A DNA stretch of 64,000 bases from Chrysomallon squamiferum. Lineage: Eukaryota; Animalia; Mollusca. Below, piece after piece: positions 21,180-36,900 of the stretch. The first letter of the stretch is position 1, and each line of letters begins with the position of its first letter. The stretch lies in the NCBI GenBank assembly GCA_012295275.1, contig CM022665.1:16926001-16990000 (forward strand), written 5' to 3'. Below the pieces are notes generated by a model. That model had not been told where the DNA came from, made no database searches, and saw only the letters and a list, made by a program, of their open reading frames with translations. The translations under genes were made by a program, and so were the position numbers.

Positions 21180-22930
21180 CAGTGTTTTGAAAACAGATTT
21201 TAAGCTTTAATATATTTTAACTGTTTTTGTTGTTCGTTGTAGTGTTTTTAAATGGCGCGTAAAAAGATAAGAAAATAGACATTTTGTCAGAAGATAACGA
21301 AATACACTTCAACATCAACATTAGCTCTTTATCTGGCCCTCTTGATTTCATTTGCACTGCTTCCATTCGTAATACTTATATAAATGCTGTCTTTCCTGCT
21401 TTGATTAAAATATTTGTTTTCTTTTATTTATTTATTTATTTTATTTTATTTTTACAATATACATATATTCAGAAATGATAAAATAAATAATAATTATTAA
21501 AAAAATAGTTTAAAAAATGTTTAAAATGTACAACGTCGACATCATGATCATTATTATTATCATATATCTGTCTTCTGTGTATCAAGGTTGCATAACAAAC
21601 ATATGAACACTATTCTTTTTGGTATTTCAATTCATAATTAATATTTAAGGAACGGATCTGTAGCACTTCTGGCCAACATGCTTCTGATTACTGGTCGTTT
21701 GGCGCGCTCTAACAATAATAGAAATAATAAGCACTGAAAACATGTTCTGGTACATCAAACAACTTGAAAATAGCCTCCACTGACTGTGTAAAGGTCACAA
21801 GGATTTAAATTCCAGATGAGACACATTTACGGAGATAAACAAGACCCAGTGTCGAACATATTAGCACAACAGCCGGATGTAAACAACGCAGTTAAACGTG
21901 TGTTTAGTGTAGACCAAATACCAAAGGCAAAAGAAAAAAACCCTATCTCATATATTAATTTTCCATTTTACACACGATAGCCGTGTTTTACTTTTAACGC
22001 AGTTGTAATTTTATAGTAAGTTACGCAAGAGTACAATACGTTTTAATAATCTGCTTAATAGTATGGTATGTGCATAATGCGTTGATATCTAACAAATGCA
22101 TATAGGTATAATTATTATTTACGTTAACGTATTATACACCAAAAGATCAAACTTTTTGCGCGATACTCACACTCTTGTTAGTCTTCATTTATTGTCGTTT
22201 GCATATTTATTTACTTACATATTTATTTTCAGTTTTATTTAACGTATATCGCATGTGCATTACATGATCGTATGCACGTATACACGTAATATAACATGAT
22301 GTTTCTTATTAATGCAGATATATCATAATAGCATTTGTTACATTTTTAAAATTATAATTGTTTGTGTGATATATGTCTGAACTGGTATGATAGTGCATTA
22401 TTTCAGAGTGATAGATGGTGCACGTATTCTACTCCATGACTACCGTTTTTATTGTTATTTCAAGTTACTTTCCGTTCGTCTGTTGGGCCCACTGGCCAGT
22501 AAACCCGAGTGCAAATCAGAATCAGCCAAGAGAAATAGAAAATTCATTTGAATATAATATAACGTAATAATTATGTATTTATTTCAAGCGTTTAAGTGTG
22601 GCCGACGTGGGCATATTCTCGATAACGGGGAAATCAATTTTCACTTGCACGAGAATTCGTTTTTAGAATATAGCGTACCTTTCGTTAATACAAAATATAA
22701 ATTGTTTTGAGTTAATCTATGGAAACTGATATTAGGACATAACTGGAAAAGGTGCTGTTTGTATATTTACATGAAGTCATATCTATCTGAATTAATGTCA
22801 TGTTTGCATGATTCTTTATTTACACGATAGTCCAGTACGCACATTGAATGATGATGTGAACGCGTGGAAAAGTTAAAAGTGTGTGCATAACTATTTGGTA
22901 TAAAATGTATGCCCCTCATCACGATCTCAG

Positions 22931-22972
<42 letters not shown>

Positions 22973-24800
22973 TAAAAAATAATACATAAATTCATTTCTA
23001 GTTAATTGTTTATTGTTGTTGTTGTTGTTATTATTATTATTAAAAATGATATCGCCATATACATCCCACTTATAAAGAATTTATTACTTAATATTACAAT
23101 TTTAATGTGTCTCTCGGTGTAAATAATAAAATAAAATATCTTTTATCGTATATGTTTGTTCTATAAACAATCCATTCTATTCAGCGTTCTGTCAGCCTAG
23201 CTGGTCTAACAACATGTCGCGGATGTTTTTCAATGAAAACAAATTTGCTACAATATCTGTCTAGTCAAACACCGCTAGTTGGAACATTCCCTTTTTTTAA
23301 CAAATATATACTCTGCAGCCTCCACTGTAGTTTCATTGTTTTATTGTTTGTATCTAGCCAAGCTTGTGCAAGCTGCGAATGTCAAAACTCCCTAGACGTT
23401 TTATTCGCTAGGTGGTCATTTATTCGGTGGGTTAGAGATTGCCATAAACCGTTGATTAGTCACCCAGTCTACGGTAAAGCAGAAAACGAGCATCTAACTA
23501 AAGAGACTGTGTGTTGTGGCAGTAAACGCGAAAGACCGCTTAGAGAATCGGTAATCTGTAAATCTGGGGTGAGACCCAAGAACCTTTAACACTGTGATAG
23601 GAGGGTGAACAGTTGTCTGTGGTAGCAGAAACCAATAATGAGTGGAAACAGTTACATTTTATCAGTACTCATCAACGAAACAACACTGTTCGAGAGATAT
23701 TGTATATTCGAGACCAATTAAGTTACTACGTATATGACAAAAAGTGGACAATGCTGAATACAGAGGTAATGTTTTAATCGTGAATTATTAATTATTTACA
23801 TTTCGATACAGCATCAGTTGTTTTGCGTTTTTGTTCCGATGCTTAGATTCATTAGCATAATCATTATGTCACTGCAGGCCAGCGATCGTGTTTATTGGGG
23901 TTTAGGATCCTTGTTTTGGACTTAACTTGTCGGTAAAGGTGTTTGTAACATTTATTTTTGTATGTAACAGTGGCGCACCAAAGCCTACCGTTTAACCTTT
24001 GCTGTCGACAGTCGTTCACAAACAAGCATGGTCGCATTCTATTCAGAGTATTGTAACTGTTAGTGCGTGTTGCGTGTCATCACTGGTGCGTGCTATTTGC
24101 GCCGGTTTCGGAAGTCGATATCTATCGTGCATGCTCGGCGCATGTTGAAACCGACAGCTGCATTAATGTAATTGCTTGGGATTTCCTGCCATCATGTAGA
24201 ATATGAATATTTGCTGGACATTGTCTGCACTTGCGTACATCCCCTAGCGTGTCGTTAACTTGACCTGACCAGTCTCGGACATGTTATCAGACAGCGGAAT
24301 ACAAACAGTACATTTTGTTACTGAAACGAAATTGTTGAATCATGGTCATGGAAGGTAGGGCTAAAAATACAAATAGATACAGTTTATATCGTTATAAAAT
24401 CAATTGTATCTTGTCTGCATTATTATTATTATTATTATTATTTGACAGCGTTTAACATGACAGATACTAAATAACAATGCATTAATAATTAATTCACAGT
24501 GATTTTATAAACATACCACTGAATGCACTGAAATAACACTACAATAAAACAGCAGTTACTTACAGTGGTGTTTAACTACTGGTTTTTATTTTGTATTCAT
24601 TCATCTGTAAATATTCAGATACTTTAGAAACTGTTGCATAACTATCACATAAAAATAAGGTAACATATTTATTTTTGATATCTGAATGTAGTTTTATTTC
24701 AACATTTTCAGGTTCCTTTCAGAGCTAACATTACCTCTAAAAAATAATTCTAATGCTGATACTATCCTTAAACCTAAAATTGTTTAATATTTAGATTTGA

Positions 24801-24801
<1 letters not shown>

Positions 24802-24871
<70 letters not shown>
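24802..24871. repeat. (AAT)n microsatellite
   Basis: Long perfect AAT run. Similar runs occur at about 5329-5361, 32584-32624, 39662-39718, 43729-43770, 61020-61070 and 63712-63751. Confidence 0.95.
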
Positions 24872-24872
<1 letters not shown>

Positions 24873-25165
24873 TAATAAATAAATAAACAAATAAAATAAT
24901 ATATAAAAGTAAAATTAAAGTTATAGGAATATATGGAGGATATTTTACCTAATGTTTGCCTGTGTCTGTGTCACAAATTTGTATATTTTCCAGTGTGTAT
25001 TAATTCAGTTTTAACTGTAAGATTCCACTACCTTTCAGTTTTAATTACAAAAAGTATTAACAGATAGAGATAATGCACATTTTATAGATTTACCTCTAAT
25101 ACTTGTCATCTTTTATTTAGAAGTAGTTTGAAAAAAAAAAAAAAATCAGATTTAACTTTTGTAAT

Positions 25166-25508
25166 GAGGGTCAGATCTAGGTTTTCTGGGCCCACCAGCT
25201 AATTCAATTTTTGGAATATAAACCTAAACATAAATGTACACTGTATAATGTATCACCAAAGGAGTATAACTTTAACAGCACACAGGAACATTTTAAATGC
25301 TAACTTTTCAATCTAATATATGTGTAAAAGTGTTTTTAGCTACTACAGCATGCCTAGAAGAAAAATAATGCATCCCAGTTTAATAAATATATTTTATTGC
25401 ATTTATTTAATTAACAACACTTTCATTTTGGTCCTGGTTCTTTTGCCCCATGAATGTTTGGGCCCCTGTGCTGCAGCTAACACAGCCTATTGGGATAAGA
25501 CATCCTTG
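25166..25508. mobile_element. Decayed hAT-like MITE
   Basis: Ends gagggtcagatctagg.. and ..gctgcagctaacacagcctattgggataagacatccttg, with subterminal gggccc motifs, resemble CAGGGCCGG-type hAT non-autonomous elements. No clear TSD. Confidence 0.35.
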
Positions 25509-28500
25509 GTAATAATAATATTTTTATATATATTTATATATATATTTCATTGCAGTAACCCCCTTAATATCAAAGTTTACTTATTGAAGTATGAACAAAA
25601 CAGTTTCACTATGTGCAGTTCCATATATTTTGTACACTTCTTAGTGAATGTTTTATTATCTTATAAAAACAATACTTTGCTAATAATAAAGTATAACAAA
25701 CATTAAAAAAATGTACGAAATTTATTTCTGTTTTTTCCTTGCATCTTGTATATGAATTTGAAATATAAAATTACAGAATGATGTAGTACTTTTGCTAACG
25801 ATTGGCTTGTTGTAGTATATAAAACAATGATAAATTTTATTATTATTATTTTTTTTAAATGTAAGTTTTAATGTCATAAATTCACAGAAAAATAAAAATA
25901 ACAGCCTACTTGCTTATTCACACACTTCTTATATAAATACTCTGCTTTCTTACTAAAAAAACAATACTCTCCCCACCCCCTGAAAGGAAACCAACATAAG
26001 TATACAGAATATATGTAAGCTGTATATTCACATGATCACAGATATACATTAATATTAAACTTCAAATGACTTGAACTTGGTAGGCAAAACAATACATAAT
26101 TATGTAACAAAATCTGGATTTCTTGTTTTATTTGTGGATATTTTATTTTTAAAAATAATGTCAGAATGTTTTCTGTATATTCATAAGTATTTGTTTGTGG
26201 GTGCCAGGAGACCAGATTATGTGAATAACAAATTATAAACACAATCTTTCTGTGACTAACCTTTCTTATTCAGCAGAGAAAAATCTTTTTAAATTTCAAA
26301 ATTTATACACCTGACTCGATCTCATTTAAAACTTTAACTCTTTTTTATATGTTATATCTTAAAAAAATAATATTCTGTATATTTCATATAGGTGTCAAAA
26401 AAGAAAAAGACTGATAAATGGAATTTTTTTTTGAAAATATTACTTTAATAGGATTATTTTTTATTTTTATTTTTTTTGTTAATGACCTTGACAAAAGTTT
26501 TTATTTAAGCATTGGGTTTCTTTATTCAGTATCGCTCAGAAAGAATGTTTTAACTCAAAGAATAAAAAGAAAAAGAATTTTAGTAGTTTGTGGATAAATG
26601 ATCTCACACTGAGTCAGTCCATTGTGTTTCCTTTCAGGTATTACCAATGTACAAAAAAAAAATTACATGTTTGACACCTAATACTAAAATACAGTACAAG
26701 TATACACAATATATTTAGGCTGTGAGATATATTCACACTAACATTTCAATAATACATTATTACATGGACCCTCAAGTTCAAATCAGGAAATTGTTTTGAC
26801 ATTTTCAGTAAACTTTTGCTTTCAGTTAACCATTTTTGACAAGAGATGACAAACATTCCTAAACATTTAACACAGGTTTGTCTGTTAAAATAATATTCTG
26901 AATAGTTATTGTTGTTTAATATAGCATTTTTAATTTTTCAGCAAGTAGTTAATTGTTATTATTTTACCTCTATAAACAATTCTAGAATTTTATTGTTCAG
27001 TGATAACAGACATATTTATTAACTAGGGCAGGGCAGGTCATCTTATTTTTTATTTATTTATTTTTTATTTTTATTTTATTTTATTTATTTGTTTTATATG
27101 TCTGTTCAGCATGCAGGGAATTGATCTGAACCTAGAGTAATGCAAATGTTAGATTAATAAAAAGGGAGTCAAAAATAATCAGCTGATAAGTTTAAGTCAG
27201 TGATTGAATTGATGAAATGAGCAAGAAATGATTTATTATATTTGTTTTATGTCTCTCCCTCTCTTCTTTAAAAGACCTAAAATACAACAAATTTGAGTAA
27301 TTTGGAAGTGATTGATTAATGAATTATTTCCAAGTCTAACCAGTGGCTGCATGATATAATAATTGTAGTAGTGACATCAGTCAAAAGGTGTCACTTTAAA
27401 TCAATGATTTTCTACCTGCGTGGTCCTTTCAGATGCTTTGAAAATTCAGGGAAGGGAGATGTAAACACTATATATTTATGGATTATGCTTACAATTTCAA
27501 TGACCAGTATAACATTTAACCTGGGTGATTTGGTATTAAAATTAATTTCAAAATATGTCCTGAAAAAACTTACAAAAAAACCTACTACTAATGCTAATAA
27601 TAATAATACAAAAATAATAATAAAATAAAATAAGATAAATAAGAACTACTGGTTGTTTTAATTATTCTGTACAGGAACATACAGATATACTTGTATTTTT
27701 GAAACAAATTTACTACCTGTAACTGGATTTGTTCCTGTTACCTCCGAGCATTGATGATAGTAAAGCATGAACATCATTTGGATTGAGACAGAGGTGTCAA
27801 GATTCTTTAAGTGTGTGATTATATTGAGCTGCTGACAACCCAATCTAATTATAGCCAATGTTTAGCTCGCATGCAGGTATACATCAATAATCCTTCTCCC
27901 TTGAGTGATTTGTAAGCACCTAAATGACAAAGGACATTAAAATCTTTGTTCCTTTCGGCTATACATGTATTACTCATCCACGTCTTTTGTCAGTGTAAGT
28001 GAGCTGAACAAAAATTGGAGGCCACATTGTTACTTTTGTTAAAAAACATTGATGGGTCAGTGATTTTCTTTAAGAATGGAACCAATTCATTCCAGCCAAC
28101 AATCAAATTGTTGTCAGGTGAACAGGTATAGTCAGGTAAGATCAAAAGATTAAGTGAGGTGGTCAACACAGGTCAGCGTCCAGTAAGTTAATCTACACTT
28201 GATTAATTTTCTTATTTTATCAGCAATTATCTTACCAAAATTGAATTTTTATATTTTACAATAAATGGTTGAATAATTCATGTAAAAGACACAGTTGTTA
28301 GTGTTTTGGCCTTGAAATTAAGTTTTTATGAATTTTATTCATTGTACACAGACATACTTCCAGAAAAATACATCTATCTACATATAAATACAGGGGAACA
28401 TTTGGTTCAGTCACAGCACGTGTTAGAATACATGATTAGATGTTATTAATTTTGAGTTGCAGTTTTCTTTTCATTTAGATTACTAATACAGGGTTCATTT

Positions 28501-31500
28501 CAAAACTTAGTTGTCATTCTAGGCCTATTATAACATTCTGGATATTCCCTTCCTCTTTATCTTCCTTCGAAAAAAAAAAAGTTATTTTCAAAATCTTGTT
28601 TAATATGATGAACTGATTAACTCAATATTCCTTAAAAGAAAAATGTGAGCTTGAAAATTGGCTGACTATTATTAAACTTGTGTTCTTTAAAAAAAAAAAA
28701 TAATAAATTAAAGAAAGTTAGCTAATATCTGAATAACTCAGTATTCTTTTAAAACTGGGTCATTGTTATATTACACAGCTATTTTTAAGCCGTAGATAAT
28801 TAATCATTACTGTGATGAAAGCCCAGAGACTTGATGTGTAACAAATAACAGTAAACTATTGATGTTTGATTCTTGTTGGTACACTGCTTATTTAATATTT
28901 ATGTATGAAATTATACTTAACTAGGTTCAGAAATAATTAACACATAAACAGACTTAGCAGTGTTACAAATCCTCTCAGCATTCTGTTATGTAAGCAGTTT
29001 CTCTGGCTTGTTACTCAGTGAGTGATATTTTAATTATATTATATTATTTTGGTCTTAAAGGCAGCTAATGTATACATTTATATCCATCCATACATATACA
29101 CAGACTCGTGCCTGCACACACAAAGAGATATAAGACCTGCACAGTATTCTAGGAAGATAATGAAAAAACGTGTTTTAAGCAAACCTTGTTACAACAGATT
29201 GGTAGTTCTCCATTTTCTTCTTTTCATTATTATAAACAATCAACTACAGATAGAAAATATCACATATACAGATATCTTACTGATATGTATGCACGAAACA
29301 CATGTTATCTGAGATTATCGTGTATTTTCCAGTCCAAACAGAGATGCACAAAGAACTTCTATAGTGTGTTAAATTGATGTATTTTGTCTGTTCACTTAAA
29401 TGTGAATTCTGTTTCTACATGCTTTTGTGACAAAGAGCAGGATATAGCCCATAGGTTTTTTTTTGGGGTGGTTGTTTCAGACTGATGTCATTTAAGTAAT
29501 CCACTAATTGTTTTATCATGTAATTTAACACTGCTGTATCTAATTAACTGATTAATAATTAATTTTGACAGTATTAGACATTGTTAGTAAATCCACAATC
29601 AGTATCCTCTGAGATGAATATCAAATCAAGTCATGTTGTGGTCTGAAGGCTCTTTGCTGGGTTTTGAAAAGTGGTTGCCATTTTTTGCGTGTAAAATGTA
29701 AATATTCTTTTTAACAAAAAGGTTTTAAAAAAAAAAAAAAAAAATTAACAAAATTATATTAAAAAATAAAACAAACCAAACAGCATTTTTGTTTTAGTTT
29801 AAAGTCATAAGAGTGTAAACTGTTTCAGTATTCTGATTTGTTGTCCAGTTAGAAAGTATATGATACGAGTCCTGTATATATCTGTATAAATAATTTTATC
29901 ACATTTAATTATATATGTAAGCAATTAAAAAAAATTTTCAGTAACAAACTAAACATAGTCACATTATTTAGTACTGTGAATTTTCTTTTTCTTTAAATTT
30001 ATTTTATTTCTCAAAATAAATGAAGTGAAAAACAAATTAGTATGCATCTTTAAATTGCTTTGAGAACATATTCTTTAAGACTAAGATGTACATTTTGAAA
30101 AACTTGAATATCATTTAAATCAGTATTAAGGAAATGGTTTCCTATCTTTTCCTGTATTTTTAACCAGTCTTCAAAAAGGTTCTCTAACATTTAATGAAGT
30201 TTAAAAAATGAATAAAGGCAATTTCAAAATATTACTTATTTAAACCAGTATTGAAATTTGTCATCATTTTAACCAGTCTTCTCACCAGTTTCTTCTATCA
30301 TTTTCACCGATTTGTAAAGTTTACAATCAGTTTCTGATTAATTAGTGAGAGTTTGTGGTCACATCCACTCATTTCTGATTAATTGGCAAATGCTTTTGGA
30401 GGTCATATTTACTATTTGCTAATTCAATTATTACAGATGGTTTTGGGTTCTGCCATGACCCACTTGGTCACACTGCTATAATTTAACATACACACAGTCT
30501 GCATCCTGTAGGAACACCTGTTTGTTTGCTGTTCACTTAAATTAATTCCTAAGGGACATGCTATGATTTGATCAGCCAACATTATGCCATTTTGTTATTT
30601 AAAGGTCATGTCTTAGATCCCATCAAAAAGCACATCTTGTTTCCAGAAGCTTTTCCCTTGCTAGATTCCTTTTGTGACTTAGAATTCCTTCTCTAATAAC
30701 TTGATACCTTAAATTGTTTGATGTTGGTTGATCTTTCGTTTTCTGCTAGATGTAGATATTTCATTTACTTATTAAAAGATTAGGTGAGGGAAAACTGAGC
30801 CCTGTTTTTCCTATGAGAATAAGTGTGTGTTGGCATGGACAAACAAGATATCCACTTGAGATGTACTGGAAGAGAAAGTTGAGTGTTGTTTGTGTGTCCA
30901 GGCCTCAGCTCAAATAATGGTAGCCAGGGATAATATTAGGACAGACCAGGAGATGAGAGTAAACTGTTTGAAGTAATCCAGTGACATCTGTTTGCAGTGA
31001 TGGTGTGTCTTGTATAGTAAGCTAGCCAAATGTGATATGTTTTTCATGGTTTTATTTCATGATGAATATTTGGATACCAGGGAAACAGAGTTGTTATTGG
31101 TTTTAAAGCTGCATTATTATTATTATTATTATTAATCTAATAATAAAATGAAATGAAATGAAATGTTGTAGTACCTATTAGTAAACTGTACTAGAATCAT
31201 ATAGGGGCCTATACTGTTCTACTATGCCATATACCATTTATAATAACAGATCTTAAAATTTATACAGGCAGTTTTTCATAGATTTGCCCATAAATTAATA
31301 ATAAAATAAAATAAAATAAAATAAAATAAAATAAAACAAATAAACAAACAAATATTATTAAAAAGTGAAAAACATTAAATAAATTACAAAAAAAAAAGAA
31401 ATAATAATAATAAAAAGGAGCAACTGAAAGGGCTTTCATTTCTATGTGAAGTTTATGTACATTTTTTTTTTCTTGTTTTCCAAATACAATGAATATTTTC

Positions 31501-31677
31501 AACTGCCAGGAGGATATCAGTGAAGTACAAACATGTAAAACTGAAATCCCATAACCTCTACACCTTTTGTCCATTTGATGATTAATACCTAGTCCTTTCA
31601 TATACAGTTTCAAATAGAGCTGACATTTGATTAAAATTCCCAGTATAAATGTGTTTTTTGGGTTGTTGTTTTTTTAG

Positions 31678-31719
<42 letters not shown>

Positions 31720-32580
31720 ATTATTATTGTTATTTTTTAATTATTATTTTTTCCATTTACACTAACTGCCATGTTAATTTTGACACCCAAACCTCTCCTC
31801 GTAATATACTCATCACAAATAACTCAACACGCTAACTACATACACTTTACAAATGGTATTTAAGGTGGTTTAAGATAATTTCTTCTCCAAAGTATTATTG
31901 TTGTAACAGACCTTGCAAATAATAAAACAGACCAGACTCCTTAGGTTAGCATTTAAAATGCTTCATTTCATTTCTCACCATCTTCTGTATACATTTTCAC
32001 TTAGAAAAGATTCTGAAGCTCTAGTCACGGAACATTAGCTGGAATTGGAAATAACTAATTTGTGAAACTGATTATTTTTCTGACATTTGAAAGGAAAAAA
32101 CAAAACAGAAAAACTATCCTTAAAATAATAAAACAAGAAGAATAACATTAAAACCTGAAACAATAAATAAATTAAATGGTCTCTTAGATCATTGTGTTTC
32201 AGTTATAAATATTTACAAATATTCATTGTAGAACGTCTTTACTGGCTTGTAAAAAGAGCAGTTTGAACCAGTAAAACTGGTAGTTCATTATTTCACAAAA
32301 GCAAGATAGCAGTTGTAATATTTAAAGCTTACCAGAATGTTTTTGTTTAAAATGAAGGCCTAATCCTTTATTTGCCAGTAATGGATCTTTCAGTTTATGT
32401 GATGTATTAGCAATGAAAATTTTTTAAATATTTTATTTTTATAATTTTTTTTATATATATATATATATATATTTATTAGAATGAATGTTGCCTGCCATCC
32501 ACACACACAACTGACAAGAATAATTTTATAATTAGAACTTCAATAGAACATTTAAGGTATTATTTGTTATTAAAATGAGA

Positions 32581-32626
<46 letters not shown>

Positions 32627-33289
32627 CAACACATCAAAAAAAAAAAAAAAAAAAATGATTCTTTGAAAATGTTTGATTTGGATATTTAAACATTTTTCTC
32701 TGTGAGTGAATATGTATATGTGTGTGTGTGGATGTGTCTGCATACATGTCTGATAATGGCATTTTCATGTTATGTGTGTCTTTTGTTTGTTATGTATGCA
32801 AGAAAAATCTGATTGTGGTCAATGAAAAAAATGTTCTGGATTAAAGGATATTAATAAGGGTATTATATTTTAATTGTAATTTGATAATCTTATTTGTGTT
32901 TGTCTGCATGCATGTAAGATTAATCTGCAGTCACACAAAAGACTAATTAAATAACTGCGGTAACAAAATGTAATTTGATCATCTTGTTCATTTGTGTATG
33001 TTTGTGAGAATAATTCTCTGTGATCAAACACTTAACATAACAAAATAAACTGAGGGAGATCGAAACTAGGAATTTATATCAATACAACGTGCTTATATCA
33101 TTATACATAATGTATGTTTTTAACGTTAATCCCTTTCTGATAACAAAATAAATGAAACCACTGGAACTGATACTGTGAAAGTATAATTTGATTATCTTGT
33201 TCATATATGTAATGTTGATTCAGTACTTCAAACTCTCACCAATATGAGAGAAAACAAAATAATCTGCAACAAACCAACTACCGTATTCC

Positions 33290-33475
33290 CTCACTTATAA
33301 CAGCATGCCAGTATAACATTTTTCAGAACAAGAAAAAGGTCTTTTTCACTTATATCACACCATTGTAAGGTTTTTCAGAAGAAAAAAAGGTACATTTCAC
33401 TTGCAAAAGCTAGCCTTTACCAGATTTTCAGGTAAAAGGTCTGTTTCACTTCTAAAAGCATGTCTTTATAAGCAG
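33290..33475. repeat. Degenerate tandem repeat, ~50-bp unit, 3-4 copies
   Basis: Recurrent ..ttttcag(a/g)..aaaaggt..tttcactt.. blocks. Confidence 0.65.
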
Positions 33476-34600
33476 GGGAAACTGAAATGTTTCCTGATAT
33501 TTTGGTTCTGCAGCAGGAGTGCATAAATATAATACAATCAAAATCTGACTGATAATCAGTCGACTTGAAAAAGTCTGTTTCGCTTACATCTGTACCCTCA
33601 CTTAATTACAGCATAGCATAAGTGATGGAATACGGTAACAGAAATATGAAGTCACTGAAACAGACAGATGGATGGTATCCAAGTATAATTCAATTACTTT
33701 ATTCATGATGTGTTTCACTTTGAAATGAATGAACTGAAGTGACAATGGAGTTCAGGTTCTGTGGTTCTTCATGTGTGAAGAGCCATTTTAATTATGCAAT
33801 AGCAATAGTCACCATATTGATTCCTCATCAACTTGTCTGTTTGCTTCATAACCATGCATAATTAGGTGATTTTAAAAAAAGAAGTATCTCTTTTTTGTAA
33901 TTATTATTAATGCTAGCATCATAAATTGCATATAACCATTTTTGCTTCATATTACATTTTATATATATCTCTAAGTATAATCTGCCTCTTTCTATGTGTA
34001 TGTGTGGGCATGGATGTGAGTGTGGGTATGTCTACTTCTATATTTATATAGTTTTTTATGTCTGTATCTGTATCTGTATTACTGTCTGTATCTATGTGTA
34101 TATCTGTATCTGTATGTTATATCTGTTACTTTAAGATGTGTGTATGTGTTTGAGAGACAGTGTATATTTGTATGTATTACAAGACTAGTATTACTTATTT
34201 TTGTTATCGCATTTTTTTTAATGATTAAATATCAATTTTTAACCCTTCAGCAGTGTAGTGTTGCTTTTAATGTACAAAAAACTGTCTGAAAAGATGTATT
34301 GTTCCCATGCTTTTATCATGTTTCATCTCCTTATAAAACCTGTATTAAAACTGTTGAAAAAAAAGAAAGAAAGATACATTAAAAGAAGATACAATTACAC
34401 ATACTTGGTTATCAACAGAGTAATATTTTCAGTGTTTAAATATCATGTTTAAATTTTGTTGTATGTTATGTAAAGATTGTTGTTCTGTGGAGGTTAATCC
34501 AAGCATTTCTGGGCATAACATGGGCTTAGCATGATGGTTAAATATTGTGAGTATAAATGTTAATTTTTGACTTGGGAATTTGTTAAAATTTCTGATTATT

Positions 34601-34632
<32 letters not shown>

Positions 34633-35917
34633 TTTTATTTATTTATTTATGTTTTTATTCTGATTTTGAAATTTTGTCATTACTCAAGATTTTTGAATTT
34701 TGTTATTATTTTTGATTAGTATATTCTTGGTATTCAGACAATTAAATGTATACCAACTGATTTGGTAGTATGTTTTAAACCAGCAGGAAATAATTATTAC
34801 AAGGAATACTTTGATTGATTTTTATTTGTATACGTTCTGGTTGCAGTTTAAAGACAGTAAGATATGATTGTGTGTGTGTGTGTGAGCATTTGTAATTAAC
34901 TACTACATATACAGATGCACACGTACACAGATATATACATACATTCACACATAGTATGTACCTTTTACTTTTCATTCATAGGCATACACACAAATGCACA
35001 CACACACACTCACATACACAAACAAACATACACAATACACAAAGTAAAATAGCAATTTTAGAAAAACACCAGTAATTCAATATCTTTAAATAACTTGGGT
35101 TATAACAGGTTTCTATAACTGATAAAAACAAGAATACTGCTGCCAAGTTACCAGCCCATCCTTAACACACAATAATTATATTCATCCTGTTATCATCCAA
35201 TTTGAATTCCCACTGCTGTCTGGAATGTGCCTCAATTTGTCATTTGCTATTAAAAAAATGTGATAATATATGGATATAAATGTTTATGCATGCTGATGAA
35301 TATTTTCTGAATATTTATGAATAAATAAAATGTTGCAGGTGATCAATATCAATAGCGTATGCATTTATGAGTCTGTCTGTCTGTGTGTCTCTCTGTCTGT
35401 TACTTACAAATAGATAAAAAGCTAAAAGTTACCAGTGACAATAACAGAGTTATATACATGTGTCTTTCTCTATCTGTCTCACTCTTTTTCCCCCCCCCCC
35501 ATCAACTTGTTGTATGGATATTTCTATCTATCTCTCTATATATCTATCTATATTTAATGATTTTAGGATTTATTAAAAAATCACTTTAGTGTTTAATTGC
35601 TGGTTTAGATCATTAAAAAACTATTTTGAAAACAGTTTTTATTTATTTTGTACTTTTTGTAGGTTACAAGTTTATAGGCAGAAATGAAATGTTCTGCTCT
35701 AGAGAGCGGTTAGTTGAGAAATAAAATAATTAATTTTATTTAATTTATATATTATTTAGGACTGCAGGATAAAAGAAATAAGTATCAGCTTACTCCTGTC
35801 AGGTTGAATGCTGAGTGCAACTCAGCAATGCCACACTCCATTCACCATAACAAAAAACTTTGCAGAATAAAGCTAATATCTTAAGTAGGTAACCAGTTAT
35901 GCCCTATATATCATTAC

Positions 35918-35918
<1 letters not shown>

Positions 35919-35965
<47 letters not shown>
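35919..35965. repeat. (GT)n microsatellite
   Basis: Perfect GT run. Others occur at about 22933-22968 (CA), 31682-31716 and 49884-49922. Confidence 0.95.
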
Positions 35966-35966
<1 letters not shown>

Positions 35967-36764
35967 TAGATGGGTATGTTTGTGTGACTGTATATATATA
36001 AAATTACATATTTTTATATTTACTATTCAAAGACGGTAGATTTTATTATTATTTTTGTTTTTATTTTTATTGTTGTTTGTGGCAGTTATGATGGACATGT
36101 GGGGATTTTCCATAGTGTTTAGTACTCATACTACGTGATTTAGTTTTCATTCAAATTTCTTTTCCTTAGAGTGGAGGTCAGACAAACATTTCAAGTCCAT
36201 ACCAAGTGACAATTTTAAGAAATTTGATAAGTAACTCCCTCTTCTTTCTCCTGGTAGGAAGGTTCTCAATAGACTAGGTAATGCTTTGAAAACTGATGCA
36301 AGCACTCCTTTTGAAAGGGGGGGGGTATTTGCATTCTTTTTTTTTTTTAAATATTTGCTCATGGCTGGAATGGAGGTTTGTGTGAATGCAGCCATCTGTG
36401 ACCAAACATTTATCATTCATAGCCAAGTGAAATTGAGCTTAAATTATTTATCAACTCAAGTAAAATGTGTTCCCTTTATTTTTGTATTGATAGAGCCTAG
36501 GCTTCACATAAAGTACAACCAAATTTCCCTTGTTCTTTCACCTGGCTTTTATTTCATCTGCTTTCTCCACCAGTAAATATCAAATGAGTGGACAGTTTTT
36601 TCTGGACCTTCTCATACCAGTTATGATACTGTAATGACAAGTTTCTGTTGATTAAATGTATACAGAGACATCTGTTCTCATTTGTGCTAGGGAACATTAT
36701 CACAACAGTGTTCCCTCAGGCATCACTTGCTATAAGATAACTCCTCCTTGGTCATCTGAAGTGC

Positions 36765-36900
36765 TGTAGTCAGTGCCTGGTGTCTGGTTTATAAAGGTCA
36801 TGGAATGGTTTTTCCAAACTTTAGGAAGGTCCACATAAAATATCCCTTACAGCTAATCAGTAATAGTTGTTCATATAGAAAATTTTATCTCTTGGTACCA
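36765..36900 (+). mobile_element. Degenerate SINE-like core fragment
   Basis: cagtgcctggtgtctggtttataaaggtcatggaatgg..ggaaggtccacataaaatatcccttacagctaatc resembles the remembered SINE core cagtgcaccacgactggtatatcaaaggccgtggtatg..gggatggtgcatataaaagatcccttgctgctaatc. Recognised from memory only. Confidence 0.4.

Noticed and set aside
23233-23589. 118-aa ORF in the CpG-rich region
   Set aside because: No recognisable family or motif; more likely promoter/5'-UTR sequence or a uORF.
27745-27840. Possible C/D snoRNA (TGATGA...CTGA)
   Set aside because: No terminal stem and no recognisable rRNA antisense element.
36147-36416. ORF with GVLASVFKALPSLLR, vaguely like Polinton/adintovirus core proteins
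   Set aside because: Similarity too weak, the frame runs through homopolymers, and no other Polinton genes are nearby.
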